A stretch of 64,000 nucleotides of DNA from an uncultured Acidobacteriota bacterium. GTDB lineage: Bacteria > Acidobacteriota > UBA6911 > RPQK01. A program made the position numbers and the translations under genes. The stretch spans positions 11,264-75,263 of the forward strand of contig CAVUUN010000025.1 in assembly GCA_963744645.1 (NCBI GenBank). The letters run 5' to 3'. Position 1 is the first letter of the stretch; each line of letters opens with the position of its first letter. Shown in pieces: positions 8,992 to 19,360 of this stretch. The notes beneath the pieces were generated by a model, which did no database searches, was not told the origin of the DNA, and saw only the letters and a list, made by a program, of their open reading frames with translations.

Positions 8992-10011
8992 ATGAATGGC
9001 AGAGAGCGAATACTGGCGATGTTCGAAGGACGACAACCGGACCGGATCCCGTTCATGCCCATCACGATGATGTTTGCAGCCGATCAGATCGGGGTGAAGT
9101 ACGGCCGGTACGCATCCGATTTCCAAACACTGGTCCGAGCCCAGATCGAAACAGCCACAGCGCTGGAGTTCGACTACGTGTCCTGCATCTCCGACCCCGC
9201 CCGGGAGGCTGCCGATTGCGGTGCAAACATCCGCTATTTCGACGACCAGCCGCCCGCAATCGATGAATCCGATGCGCGCCTGGCCGACAAGTCCGCCCTC
9301 GTCCGAATGAAAGTGCCGGATCCTGTCGGCGGGGGCAGAATGCACGACCGGGTCAAAGCGGCCGCGCTTCTGAAGGAGCGAATCGGGGACGAAAAGCTGG
9401 TCGAAGGCTGGGTTGAAGGCCCGTGCGCAGAAGGGGCTGATTTGCGCGGCATCAACAACCTGATGCTCGACTTCTACGACGACCCCGGTTTCGTCCGGGA
9501 CCTGTTTGCGTTCATTCTCGAGATGGAGCTCGCCTTCGCCAGGGCGCAGATTGAAGCGGGATGCGATCTGATTGGAGTCGGAGACGCGGCTGCATCGCTC
9601 GTTGGTCCGGCCATTTATGAGGAGTTCGTGTGGCCCGTCGAAAAGCAACTGGTCGACGGCATCCACCAAATGGGGGGAAGAGTTCGGCTGCACATCTGCG
9701 GGAACACGACGCCGCTGCTTGCGAGAATGGGCGAGCTCGGTTGCGAGCAGGTCGATCTGGACTTCCTCGCCTCTGTTCGCGCCGCCCGGGTGGCGATGGG
9801 GCCCAACCAGGTGCTGGCGGGAAACATCGATCCCGTCCGGGTCCTGAAGAACGGCACTCCCCGGCTCGTTCACGAAGCCGTCGAACAGTGCCACGAGGAG
9901 GCCGGACCTCGATTCATCATCACCGCGGGATGCGAGGTGACCCGGGATACGCCGGTCGAGAACCTGCGGGCCATGCTCGAGTACGCCAAAGAGCACGGGC
10001 TGACCGGCTGA
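8992..10011 (+). CDS. Uroporphyrinogen decarboxylase (URO-D)-family protein, MtaA/CmuA-like
   Basis: Similarity runs through ILAMFEGRQPDRIPFMPI...FDYVSCISDP. The start is assigned to MNGRER because the upstream MSPKL codons are contributed by the repeat. Confidence 0.6.
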   Translation: MNGRERILAMFEGRQPDRIPFMPITMMFAADQIGVKYGRYASDFQTLVRAQIETATALEFDYVSCISDPAREAADCGANIRYFDDQPPAIDESDARLADKSALVRMKVPDPVGGGRMHDRVKAAALLKERIGDEKLVEGWVEGPCAEGADLRGINNLMLDFYDDPGFVRDLFAFILEMELAFARAQIEAGCDLIGVGDAAASLVGPAIYEEFVWPVEKQLVDGIHQMGGRVRLHICGNTTPLLARMGELGCEQVDLDFLASVRAARVAMGPNQVLAGNIDPVRVLKNGTPRLVHEAVEQCHEEAGPRFIITAGCEVTRDTPVENLRAMLEYAKEHGLTG

Positions 10012-10160
10012 CCAGCTGACCAGCTGACCAGCTGACCGAAGTCTCAACTATGCTCTTTGTCCACTCTGTCCACAATGTCCACAGTGTCCACAGCCTAGGG
10101 CACCAGGTTCAGCTGGTCAGCTGGTCAGACCGGTTAACAGGTCAGCTGGTCAGCTCGATT
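10001..10160. repeat. Tandem-repeat palindrome B with (CTGACCAG)n and (TGTCCACA)n units; near-identical inverted copy at 16655-16850
   Basis: The repeat overlaps the stop codons and last codons of both convergent genes, at 10009-10011 and 10142-10144. Its roughly 85-bp core is about 96% identical to the reverse complement of 16697-16790. Confidence 0.85.
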
Positions 10161-10669
10161 GCGACCGACAGCTGCTCCGCGGCGCGGCGCAGCTCTTCCT
10201 CCAAACGATTCTGACTCAGGGCGGGCGGCACCTGGAGGCTGGCTCTCATGTTGAAGAGCGGAGCGCCGCTCTCGGGGGCCTGATCCACGTCGCTCTCCAA
10301 TTCGGCAATGTTGACTCCCAATCCTCTTAGCGTGTGGGCGATACTTTGAATGATGCCTTCGTGATCAGCCCCCCGGACACTGATCCGGCAGGACCGGTAA
10401 TCGAGGAAGCCTGTCGCGCCCGGCTCAGCCACGTTTCGGACTCCGATTTCGACCGACCGGCTCTGGAGCTTCGACAGGCCGTCTTTGAGTGGGGGGACGC
10501 GGTCACTGGAGACGGAGACCAGAACAAGGGCGGCGAAATCGCCGGCCAGCCGCGCCATTCGACTCTCTTCGATGTTGGCCCCGTGTTTGACCAGGACATC
10601 GGTCAACTCGTCCACGAATCCGATTCGGTCAGGCCCTGCAGCGGTTACCAGCAGCATCGTCTTGCTCAT
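10142..10669 (-). CDS. Tandem ACT-domain protein (GcvR-like regulatory protein)
   Basis: The protein contains two ACT domains. The start is assigned to MSKTMLL because a GGAGAC ribosome-binding site lies upstream. Confidence 0.6.
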   Translation of the reverse strand: MSKTMLLVTAAGPDRIGFVDELTDVLVKHGANIEESRMARLAGDFAALVLVSVSSDRVPPLKDGLSKLQSRSVEIGVRNVAEPGATGFLDYRSCRISVRGADHEGIIQSIAHTLRGLGVNIAELESDVDQAPESGAPLFNMRASLQVPPALSQNRLEEELRRAAEQLSVAIELTS

Positions 10670-10785
10670 TGTGTCTCCTCGTGGTCGCGCCAAAGGATTA
10701 TGGAAGCACGTTGGCCGATGTTTTGCAAACGCGAGTAAGATTTGGGGCATGAAATCCGACCGCAGATCGGGTACTTTTATAGACC

Positions 10786-11580
10786 ATGGAATCGATGAGC
10801 CCTGTTGCCCTCGTGACTGGGGCGTCACGAGGAATTGGCCGCGGCATCGCGGTCGAGTTAGCGCGCTCCGGCTGGAGCGTCATGATCAACTATTCAGTCA
10901 ATGAAGAGGCGGCTCTGGAGTGCCGGGAACTGTGCCGTGCGGCGAGCAATGGCGGACCTGGTTGTTTCGAACTGGTTCAGGCAGACATCTCGCGGCCGGA
11001 CGACCGGGCCCGACTCGTCACATTTGCCCAGAGGAAAGGGTGGATCGACCTGCTGGTGAACAACGCCGGCGTCGCCCCCAAGGTCCGGGCTGACCTTCTG
11101 GAGGCAACCGAGGAGAGTTTTGATCGCTTGATGGCCATCAACGTGAAAGGCCCTTTCTTCCTCAGCCAGAAGATCGCCAACCTGTGGCTTTCGGCGCTTG
11201 ACCGGCTCGAAGGGAGCACTCGCAAACCGAAGATAGTCACGGTCAGCTCAGTGTCGGCCTACACCGCGAGCACCAATCGCGGCGACTATTGCATGAGCAA
11301 GGCGGCGCTCGGCATGCTTACCAAACTCTTCGCCGTCCGCCTGGCCGATTACGGGATCAATGTCTATGAGCTCAGGCCAGGAATTATCAAGACGGACATG
11401 ACCGGACCGGTCCAGGCTAAGTACGACCAGTTGATCGAGGGAGGTCTGACCCCGATCCGCAGATGGGGAACGCCGGAGGATGTCGGACAGGCTGTGGCGG
11501 CGATCGCTGAGGATCGGTTCCCCTTTTCAACCGGGCAAGTGATCGACATCGACGGCGGGTTTCATCTCCACAGGCTCTAG
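10786..11580 (+). CDS. SDR-family oxidoreductase (KduD/FabG-like)
   Basis: [12 protein letters not shown] is the Rossmann motif and YCMSKAAL fits the YxxxK catalytic motif. The gene lies 4 nt upstream of the glycosidase gene. Confidence 0.75.
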   Translation: MESMSPVALVTGASRGIGRGIAVELARSGWSVMINYSVNEEAALECRELCRAASNGGPGCFELVQADISRPDDRARLVTFAQRKGWIDLLVNNAGVAPKVRADLLEATEESFDRLMAINVKGPFFLSQKIANLWLSALDRLEGSTRKPKIVTVSSVSAYTASTNRGDYCMSKAALGMLTKLFAVRLADYGINVYELRPGIIKTDMTGPVQAKYDQLIEGGLTPIRRWGTPEDVGQAVAAIAEDRFPFSTGQVIDIDGGFHLHRL

Positions 11581-11583
11581 ACC

Positions 11584-12963
11584 ATGAAAATCAACTCCGA
11601 ACTCTGCGCGACATCGCTCAGACCCAAAATCGACCGTCTTTTCGAGCTTTCCGCGGCCAAGATCCGCTCATTGGACCGGACCTGGGATCCCTCGCAGGGT
11701 ACTCCCGTGTTCACCGTCGCCGGGCGCTATACCAGTCGTGGGTGGACCGAATGGACCCAGGGTTTCATGTTCGGGGCGGCTCTGCTCCAGTTTGAAGCAA
11801 CCGGAGACCGATGGTTCCTGGACTTCGGCAGGTCCAGGACGATGGAGCTGATGGCGTCTCATGTTTCGCATATCGGCGTGCACGATCACGGCTTCAACAA
11901 CGTCAGCACGTACGGGAACCTTCTTCGCCTGGCCCACGCTGGCAGAATGGAAGCAGCCGGCCCCGAGCTCGAATTGTACCGATTGGCGCTCAAGTGCAGC
12001 GGCGCCATTCAGGCAAGCCGCTGGAGCCCGATCAAGGACGGGCGAGGCTTCATCTACTCCTTCAACGGTCCCCACTCCTTGTTTGCCGACACCATTCGTT
12101 CGCTCCGTTCCCTCGCACTCGCTCACATGCTCGGACATCGGCTTCTCGGCGAGAACGACGTCCGCATTTCGCTGCTCGACCGGCTGATCCAGCACGCTTC
12201 GGTGACCGCCGATTTTGCTGTCTACTACGGCGAGGGTCGGGACTACTATGACGTTCGGGGCCGGGTGGCCCACGAGTCGATCTTCAACCCGAACGATGGA
12301 AGTTACCGGTGTCCCAACTCTCAGCAGGGATACTCGCCCTTTTCCACCTGGACCAGGGCACTCGCCTGGATCATTCTCGGATATGCCGAGCAACTCGAGT
12401 ATCTGTCCGTGCTGGCTGACCAGGATTTCGAGCCCTTCGGGGGGAGAAGCGCGGTAGAAGGCAAACTGCTTCGCGCCGCCGAGGCGACAAGTGATTATTA
12501 CCTGGATCAGGCCGCCGAGGATGGCATCCCATACTGGGACACAGGCGCACCCTTCCTCTCCAAGATCGGCAACTACCGAAAACGGCCGGCAGATCCCCTC
12601 AACGACTGCGAACCGGTCGACAGCTCGGCTGCCGCGATCGCTGCACAGGGATTGTGGCGACTGGGCTCCTACCTGGCTCGCTTCCCCCGACGGAAACAGG
12701 CAGCCAGCCACTATCGCAAAGCAGCTCTTTCCATCGCGGACACGCTTTTCACCGAGCCATACCTGTCGACCTCGGAGTCGCACCAGGGGCTCATCCTGCA
12801 CTCGGTCTACCACCGGCCTAATGGCTGGGATTACGTGCCGCCCGACCGGAAGATCCCGTGCGGCGAGTCTTCGATGTGGGGGGACTACCACGCCCGCGAG
12901 CTCGCGCTCCTGCTGCTGCGGGAAGCAGAAGGCAAGGAACGGCTCGTGTTTTTTGATATCTGA
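11584..12963 (+). CDS. Six-hairpin glycosidase-like protein (GH88/GH105-like unsaturated uronyl hydrolase family)
   Basis: The WTEWTQGFMFGAALL and DHGFNNVSTYGN motifs resemble GH88/GH105 hydrolases. The family assignment is tentative. Confidence 0.45.
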   Translation: MKINSELCATSLRPKIDRLFELSAAKIRSLDRTWDPSQGTPVFTVAGRYTSRGWTEWTQGFMFGAALLQFEATGDRWFLDFGRSRTMELMASHVSHIGVHDHGFNNVSTYGNLLRLAHAGRMEAAGPELELYRLALKCSGAIQASRWSPIKDGRGFIYSFNGPHSLFADTIRSLRSLALAHMLGHRLLGENDVRISLLDRLIQHASVTADFAVYYGEGRDYYDVRGRVAHESIFNPNDGSYRCPNSQQGYSPFSTWTRALAWIILGYAEQLEYLSVLADQDFEPFGGRSAVEGKLLRAAEATSDYYLDQAAEDGIPYWDTGAPFLSKIGNYRKRPADPLNDCEPVDSSAAAIAAQGLWRLGSYLARFPRRKQAASHYRKAALSIADTLFTEPYLSTSESHQGLILHSVYHRPNGWDYVPPDRKIPCGESSMWGDYHARELALLLLREAEGKERLVFFDI

Positions 12964-13080
12964 GGAGAGTTTCGGGGACATGACACTTAATTCCCACCCA
13001 ACCAGCGCGATCACGCGTGAGCAAAGGAATTAAGTTCTGTGTCCCCGCCCCCCCGAAACTCTCCCGAAACACCCCGAAAC
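12964..13080. repeat. MITE-like hairpin element, copy 2
   Basis: The ends are GAGTTTCGGGGACATGACACTTAATTCC and GGAATTAAGTTCTGTGTCCCCG, with CCCGAAAC repeats on the flank. Confidence 0.8.
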
Positions 13081-13707
13081 TCACCTCACCTCTCGAAGGA
13101 CCGCACGAACCGGTGAGCCGTCCCCGTCGGCGATTCTGAGGGGCAAGGCGATCAGCTCGTAGGAGCCGTCCGGAACATCCCGCAGACGGAGGTTTTCGAC
13201 GATGATCACCCCGGCCCTGCCAAGCACCAGGTGAGCTTCCAGAACCGTTGCGCCGAAAGGATCCACGGAAGGCGAGTCTATTCCGACCAGCCGGATCCCC
13301 GCAGAAACCAGGCGCTGTGCCGCGGCCACGGACAGCGACACGAAATCTTCACGGAAACGGTCCAGCTCGACCGGGGCATTACAGCGGATGATGAGTCTTT
13401 CGACCGGCTGAGCGAGAAAGGGCCCCAGCTCCTCGGCAGAAACCAGGCTGGTGGCGGGGCGCACAGTGACAAGCCGGGCCGGGCCCACGAAGCGTTCCAG
13501 CTCGATCTTGTCAATGCTCTTCCCACCGTTCAGGTAGTGGTAAGGGGCATCCATATGTGTCCCGATGTGGCAGGACATCGAGATGACTCCGACGTTCGCA
13601 ATGTCGCCGTCGGCCAACCCCATCTTCTTTTCGAGCTGCAGCCCGGCGTCTCCCGGCCAGGCCGCCATCCCGGGTCTCAAGGTGTGTGAAATGTCGTAAA
13701 TTTTCAT
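13081..13707 (-). CDS. Cyclase-family protein (kynurenine formamidase-like)
   Basis: The HIGTHMDAPYH metal-binding motif of the cyclase family is present in a protein of about 208 aa. Confidence 0.7.
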   Translation of the reverse strand: MKIYDISHTLRPGMAAWPGDAGLQLEKKMGLADGDIANVGVISMSCHIGTHMDAPYHYLNGGKSIDKIELERFVGPARLVTVRPATSLVSAEELGPFLAQPVERLIIRCNAPVELDRFREDFVSLSVAAAQRLVSAGIRLVGIDSPSVDPFGATVLEAHLVLGRAGVIIVENLRLRDVPDGSYELIALPLRIADGDGSPVRAVLREVR

Positions 13708-13800
13708 AGGGAAATAGGACCTATAGGACGAATAGGACTAATAGGTTATAGGATTTACCAATGGGTCCTATTGGTCCTATCGGTCCTATTCCTATAATCA
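13708..13800. repeat. Tandem-repeat palindromic hairpin with (ATAGGAC)n and (GTCCTAT)n arms
   Basis: The left arm is ataggacctataggacgaataggactaatagg and the right arm is its inverted complement gtcctattggtcctatcggtcctattcc. Confidence 0.8.
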
Positions 13801-13810
13801 CAGCCCAAAC

Positions 13811-16633
13811 CTAAAAGCTGTACTCCACCCCGATTCGCGCCACCCTCGGCGCCTGCGTCGCCAGGGGAATCCTGAGGCTGAACAGCGGTCCGCTCAGTTC
13901 CCCTTCCAAGGTTTTCTGATCGTCGTTGAGCAGGTTGAAAATATCAAGAACCAGTCCCAGCCTGCCACCCGAAGCTCCAAAACGTTTGCGGACTCTCAAG
14001 TCCACCGTTCGGATGTACTCGGTCCGGTGTCCACCGGGATTTCCGCGCGGCGTGGCCATCACCGCGAACGGGCCCTGATTCATCCCCGTTATGACGAGCA
14101 TCCTCCCAAACGGCAGACCGTCGTAATACCTCGCCACACCGGAAACCGTGACCCCCCCCGGTCCCTCATACAAGGCGAGCAGCTTGGCGGTGAAGGATCG
14201 GTCAAAGTACACCCTGCCGTAACTGTTGATCCCGGCATTCGGGTCGTCGAAGAGCCCGCCGATCACTCCCTGGTCATTCTCGTATTCGCTGTTGCCCGCC
14301 CCTGTATTGGCGAAAGTCCGGTAAGCGCCGAAAGCCAGGGAGAACGAAAGCGGAGTCGCGTTCCTTGACAAGGTCAGCTCCACGCCCTCGTGTTTTGAGG
14401 ACAAACCAGGCGGGTTGGTCAGGATGTACTGGTCGCGGCCCAGGGTTTCCGCCCGCTGGTTATAGACCGTCAGGTCCTGATCATCCCCGGTGCCTGCGAC
14501 CCAGTCCCCGCCCGGGTCGTGGATGGTCGTGGCTTCATAGGATGATAGCGGAACTCCCACATTGACCGTCTCAATCCGGTTCTTCTCCTGCCTCCGGATG
14601 AGGTCACCGCGCAAAACAAAACCGGCAGGCAGCGCTTGCTCTGCGCCGACCACAATCTCGTCTGTTCTCGGGCGCTCGAGTGCGGGGTCAAGCTCGGTGA
14701 ATTCGGCTCCGAAAAGCTTCAGCAGGGCGCCCTGCTCTCCCCCTGGAACTGCCCGTCTCCGTTTCGATCGCTCCAGGCACGAATCGAACCGCTCAAGCTC
14801 ATCGGGTTGATCGACTGAAGAAGCTGGCCAGTCAACAGGTGATGGTATCGTCCCACCGCAAAACGGACCACTGTCCCGTGGCCAAACGGCCGCGAGGCAA
14901 TGGAGAGCCGGGGGGCGACGTTCGTCCATCCGATGAGGTCGGGCCTGGCATCGAGGCGCCGGGTATTGGCGAACACGCCGGCCGGGCTGGACTGTTCCCG
15001 AAGAGAGCCCGTCATCGAATCAATCCTCACCCCGGCGCTGATCGACAAACGGGATGAGAGCGCGGCCCTGTCCTGGAAGTAGACCGAGGCGCCGTCGATT
15101 CCGTAACGGGACCCCAGGGGCGTGTTGAATTGCCGGACAAAGACCGGAGCCGCCGAGGCACGAATGAGCGGGTTTGCCCCGAGGTCGGAGGGCAGGAAGG
15201 CGAGGCCAACATCCTGGTGGATTCGGACATCGTTGTCTGCCCTTCCCCTGCCGAGTTCGACGCCCGACTGCAACTGGTGAGAGAAGCCCCCCAAACCCGG
15301 TAACCAGACGGAGACACCCGACTGAAAGCTCAACCGAGAATGGAGCGAGTCCATCTCGGAGGGGGCCGACCCCGATCGATAACCGGTAAAAAGATCCGTC
15401 CCCGCCTGGCGGTTCACAGGTTGCTGAAAATGGTGATGGAGGGCCGAGCGGGCGAAGCCGACCCGCGAATCGAGAGCAAATCGGGGACTCGGTCCCCAGT
15501 TCCAGTACCCCTGAAGAACCCGAAAACCGTCATCTTCACCGAGTGTCGAAAGAGGAGGGGTTCGGAAACTCGCCTGCGAGTAATCCTGTTCCCACTCCTG
15601 GCCTGACCACAGAAAGCCCACGCTTCCGAGACGACCGAGTTCACTTCCCACATTAACGGTAGCCGAGATCAGGCGACGGCCGACCGGTGGATCGAATCCC
15701 GGGACGCGAAACGCGGAGTCCTGAACCGAGGCGGACCCGAGATATTCGGCGTTGCGGAACAGGCGGCCACCGAGTTGAGCGACGCCTTCCCAGTGGCGAC
15801 GAACGCCGGGCGCTCCCGTTGACCCCTGCGCGAGCAGGCGGGACGAGACGGCATCCCACTGCGTGGGCGCACCCTGGTAGTAGAGGCGCGCCTGTCCGTG
15901 AGTGGCGTCCCCCGGCCGGGCGGTGACGATTTCTACCGTTTCCCCTGGGCCGGCCTCTGCTGCTGAGTGGCCCGCACTCACCACCTGGACCGCGTGCACC
16001 GGGTCATATTGGGGAATGATGAGAGGAACGCCCGGGCTCTCCGGATCGGAGATGTCCATACCATTCAGCCGAAAAGTATTCTGGACCCAGGAGCTTCCTC
16101 TCCCGCTGAAAAGCGCGCCGCTGCCCAATCTCACTCCCGCTGAATCAACACGGTTGACGACCGTCGACGTTTCCTGGTTTTCGAGAACCGACCACAGGTC
16201 CCGGGCGGTCGGAAGATCATCCAGGTTGAAACCCGTGAGAAGCGAACCGTGCAGGAGGTCGAGGCGCGGCATCGGCGGCGTCTTGGGGGGCAAAGCTTTC
16301 AGCCGTCAAATCCCTCACAACAACGGAATACCGTGACAACTGCCCAAGGGGAACCACGAATCTTCCAGAATTCCCCCGACGGGGAGCGTATTCCAGAGCA
16401 TAAATTCCCGGTTCGGCTTCAAGATGGTACCAGCCGTTCTCGTCTGAAACGGTCGCCCCCCGAACACTTCCACTTTCGACCAGGAGGATTGTCACCCCGG
16501 CAGCCGGTTCCCCGGCGGCGTTCAGAATTCGTCCGGTGACTACTGCCTGGGGAAAAGCAAAAATAACCGAGGAAACAGAAAGTGTCAGCAGAAACAGGGC
16601 AGCTACGAAAGGTGCCAACCGTGCGCGGAACAC
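13811..16633 (-). pseudogene. TonB-dependent receptor with an N-terminal carboxypeptidase-regulatory domain, broken by at least 2 frameshifts
   Basis: Three overlapping ORFs (16217-16633, 14719-16293 and 13811-14929) carry in order the carboxypeptidase-regulatory domain, the plug domain and a beta-barrel ending in a terminal Phe. The overlaps at 16217-16293 and 14719-14929 imply frameshifts. Confidence 0.65.
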
Positions 16634-16654
16634 CCGGGTGATATTAGCACAGGC

Positions 16655-16850
16655 GCGGCAACGCTGACCGGCTAACCGGCTGACCAGCTGACCGGCTGAA
16701 CCTGGTGCCCTAGACTGTGGACACTGTGGACACTGTGGACATTGTGGACAGAGTGGACAAAGAGCATGGCTGAGACTTCGGTCAGCCCGTCAGCTGGTCA
16801 GCTCGGTCAGCTGGTCAGCCGGTCAGCTGGTCAGCTCGTCAGATGCTCCC
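16655..16850. repeat. Tandem-repeat palindrome D, an inverted copy of repeat B
   Basis: The (GTGGACA)n and (GGTCAGC)n units and the 85-bp core match the reverse complement of B at 10040-10125. The repeat overlaps the UDG stop codon at 16831. Confidence 0.85.
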
Positions 16851-17541
16851 GTGCCCGCGCAAACACCCGATCGAACATCTCGGGGGTCAGCTTTCCCGTC
16901 TGGGTGTTCTGCTGGCTCGGGTGGTAGGAACCAACCAGCCGTATCCGACCGTCCAATTGCGCTTCCGACAGATGACCGAATTTCGGGAGCGGTTTGGGGA
17001 CCGCCTGTCCCAGTTCTTTTCGCGCCCTCAGATACTGGTCCCAGGCAATGCGGCCGAGCGCGACCACGACCTGCAACCGGGTCAGCAGCTCCAGCTCGCG
17101 CAGCAGATAGCGCCGGCAGGTGTCGAACTCGACCGGGAGAGGTTTGTTGTCGGGGGGAGCGCAGTGAACCGGGGCGGTGATGTAGCAGTCTATGAGCCGA
17201 AGACCGTCGTCGCGTCTGCGGCTGGTGGCCTGGTTGGCAAAGCCGGCCCGGCAGAGGGCGCCGAACAGGAAGTCCCCGCTTCGATCCCCGGTGAAGATTC
17301 TTCCGGTTCGATTGCCCCCGTGGGCAGCAGGGGCCAATCCGACAACCAACAGCCTGGCGTTCGGCTCACCAAGCGAGGGGACCGGTTTTCCCCAGTAGTC
17401 CCAGTCGTTGTAGGCGGCACGTTTGGTGCGAGCCACCTGCTCCCGGTACGCGACCAGGCGGGGACAGAGCCGGCAGCCGATGACTGTCCGATGTAGAGCG
17501 GTGAAGGCGTCGGCGTTCTCACCTGTGAAAGGATCGTGCAT
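16831..17541 (-). CDS. Uracil-DNA glycosylase, family 4
   Basis: GCRLCPRL and LVVGLAPAAHGGNRTGRIFTGD are UDG family 4 motifs. Confidence 0.75.
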   Translation of the reverse strand: MHDPFTGENADAFTALHRTVIGCRLCPRLVAYREQVARTKRAAYNDWDYWGKPVPSLGEPNARLLVVGLAPAAHGGNRTGRIFTGDRSGDFLFGALCRAGFANQATSRRRDDGLRLIDCYITAPVHCAPPDNKPLPVEFDTCRRYLLRELELLTRLQVVVALGRIAWDQYLRARKELGQAVPKPLPKFGHLSEAQLDGRIRLVGSYHPSQQNTQTGKLTPEMFDRVFARAREHLTS

Positions 17542-17608
17542 AAGCCAATTTATACTAACACTGGCGCCGCTTTGAGTTTCGGGTTAGCCTTGGAAGGAGA
17601 GGTGAACA

Positions 17609-18193
17609 ATGTCGCTGCTGACCTGCCTGTTCCTGTCTTTGTGGCTCCAAGCGCCTGCGCCCGAGGTCAACGTTGAGGCTTACTTCCTGTCGATGCACCG
17701 TCTCCCCTCGGAGATCGATTACTCGATTCTCAACTCCGGGTTCGGAGTGCTCTACCTGAAGATTCGGAATGATTCGAAAGTCGCTCTGTCCCTGGATCCG
17801 GATGCAGCCGCCCTGTCGGATCCGCAGAACAAACCGGTCGCGCGCGCGATCCCAACCGAAATTGCACCCAAAGTCGTAGACAAGTGGTCAGGCGGGAAAT
17901 CGAATGTCTCGGTCGGCCAGGGCGGAACCATGGACCCATATGGAAGACGGTGGTCAACGGGACCACAGGTCAGCATGGGGCGGGATGATGCCAAGGTTGT
18001 TCAGGCGTCGAAGGGGCAGCAGATCCGTGAGGTACTCGAACGCTATCAGCTCAAAAAGGCGGAACTGCAACCGGGCGAGGAACGGGAGGTTCTGCTCTAC
18101 TTCAAGACCAAGAAATATCCGCTGGACCTGGCCGGATCCAAGCTCACCCTGGCACCAGGCCTGACGACCACCGTCCTGCCGCCGAAGAAGTAG
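17609..18193 (+). CDS. Hypothetical secreted protein
   Basis: The protein has an N-terminal signal peptide and a GGAGAGG ribosome-binding site. I do not recognise any domain. Confidence 0.45.
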   Translation: MSLLTCLFLSLWLQAPAPEVNVEAYFLSMHRLPSEIDYSILNSGFGVLYLKIRNDSKVALSLDPDAAALSDPQNKPVARAIPTEIAPKVVDKWSGGKSNVSVGQGGTMDPYGRRWSTGPQVSMGRDDAKVVQASKGQQIREVLERYQLKKAELQPGEEREVLLYFKTKKYPLDLAGSKLTLAPGLTTTVLPPKK

Positions 18194-18275
18194 CTAAGGT
18201 TCCGGCTCGAAGGCCGACCGCGGTCGGAAGGAGAAGTGCCCCGAGATACTCTCGTAAGCGAGTCTCGGCAACGTC

Positions 18276-19217
18276 TTATCCAGGTAAGACCGGATCGAAA
18301 CATAGCATTCGTCGCACTTGTTCTGCTTCGTGAACTCCTCGATCAGCTGTTCCCGCTTCTCGAGCGGATACCTGACGAAATGCATGGAGCACGGCTGGAG
18401 AGTAGCCTTGCGCCGTGACAACCAGAAAGCGCTGTCCTGCCTTGCAGCCCGGCGTTCCACCGCGCTTGAAGTAATCCAGAGTTGCGTCGATCGTCGTCTT
18501 GCTGTTGACGATCCAGTGGCTGTGGTCCATGCGGCTCTCGATCCTGCCTAACTGCTCTTCGAGATGCCGCAGGTCCGTCGGGGTTTCGATGAAGTAATCG
18601 CGGCAGCCGGTCCGCCTGGGCGAATACGCGCTGTAGCTGACGTTGACCCCCCACTCCCTGGCTTTATCCGCCACTTCATTGATGTGGGGGAGGTTGTTCT
18701 TCGTGATGCAGTTGTTCAGGACGATGTCATCGTGCCCGTGCTTTGCGACACGTGGGATCAGTTCGGACAGGTGCTGATACAGCCCCGGGTGGCCCCGAAA
18801 ATCGTCGTGCCGCTCGTCCGGGAAATCGAGACTGACGGAGAATTGGTTGATTCCCGCCTTTCGGAGCTCCAGGTATCGTTCTTCGGTCATCAGGGACCAG
18901 TTGGAAACGAGGATCGTGTAAGGCAGCCCCGAACAGGTCTTGATATTACGAACGATGTCGACGAGGTCGTCCCTCATGAGCGGCTCACCGCCCGAAACTT
19001 GAACGACGCAGGGACGCAAGGCCTCGACATAGCGCTTGTATTGCTCGGGCTTGAGATTCTTCGAATTGTCTCTAGCCCCTCCGTGATCGCAATGCTTGCA
19101 AAAACAGGTGCAGGAATCGGTCACCTCGAAGGAGATGACGATCGGGCGGTCAGCGACCCAATTGCCAATGCCGCGACCGATGATGCGCAATGATTCTGAA
19201 AAAGGAACTTTCCGCAA
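18276..19217 (-). CDS. Radical SAM protein with a probable C-terminal SPASM/twitch domain; likely frameshifted, with the true end near 18194
   Basis: CTCFCKHC is the CX3CX2C radical SAM cluster motif. Near 18396 a +1 frame continues GCKAGQRFLVVTAQGYS into QPCSMHF...CDECY, which reconstructs a SPASM-type Cys-rich motif. Confidence 0.6.
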   Translation of the reverse strand: MRKVPFSESLRIIGRGIGNWVADRPIVISFEVTDSCTCFCKHCDHGGARDNSKNLKPEQYKRYVEALRPCVVQVSGGEPLMRDDLVDIVRNIKTCSGLPYTILVSNWSLMTEERYLELRKAGINQFSVSLDFPDERHDDFRGHPGLYQHLSELIPRVAKHGHDDIVLNNCITKNNLPHINEVADKAREWGVNVSYSAYSPRRTGCRDYFIETPTDLRHLEEQLGRIESRMDHSHWIVNSKTTIDATLDYFKRGGTPGCKAGQRFLVVTAQGYSPAVLHAFRQVSAREAGTADRGVHEAEQVRRMLCFDPVLPG

Positions 19218-19360
19218 GGAAATCCATCCTAGGTTTCTGTCCCAAACTACGGGAATGTAAGTGTTTTACGTGATTAATCGGGCATCAACCGCCTGAGCGG
19301 CCGCAATATGACAGAAAAGCGACTCCTTTTCAAGCCGAAAGGCGGGAAGGCCGGGAAGGC

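Noticed and set aside
11668-13014. Long antisense ORFs inside recognisable genes (11668-13014, 8953-10047, 26353-27780, 23565-24662, 35940-37022, 16843-17496, 32064-32921, 53518-54159, 55113-55829, 58401-59159, 9630-10019 and others).
   Set aside because: These are typical stop-poor antisense frames of high-GC DNA. Their translations are Arg/Ala/Pro-rich and low-complexity, with no recognisable domains. Each fully overlaps a gene that has clear family motifs on the other strand.
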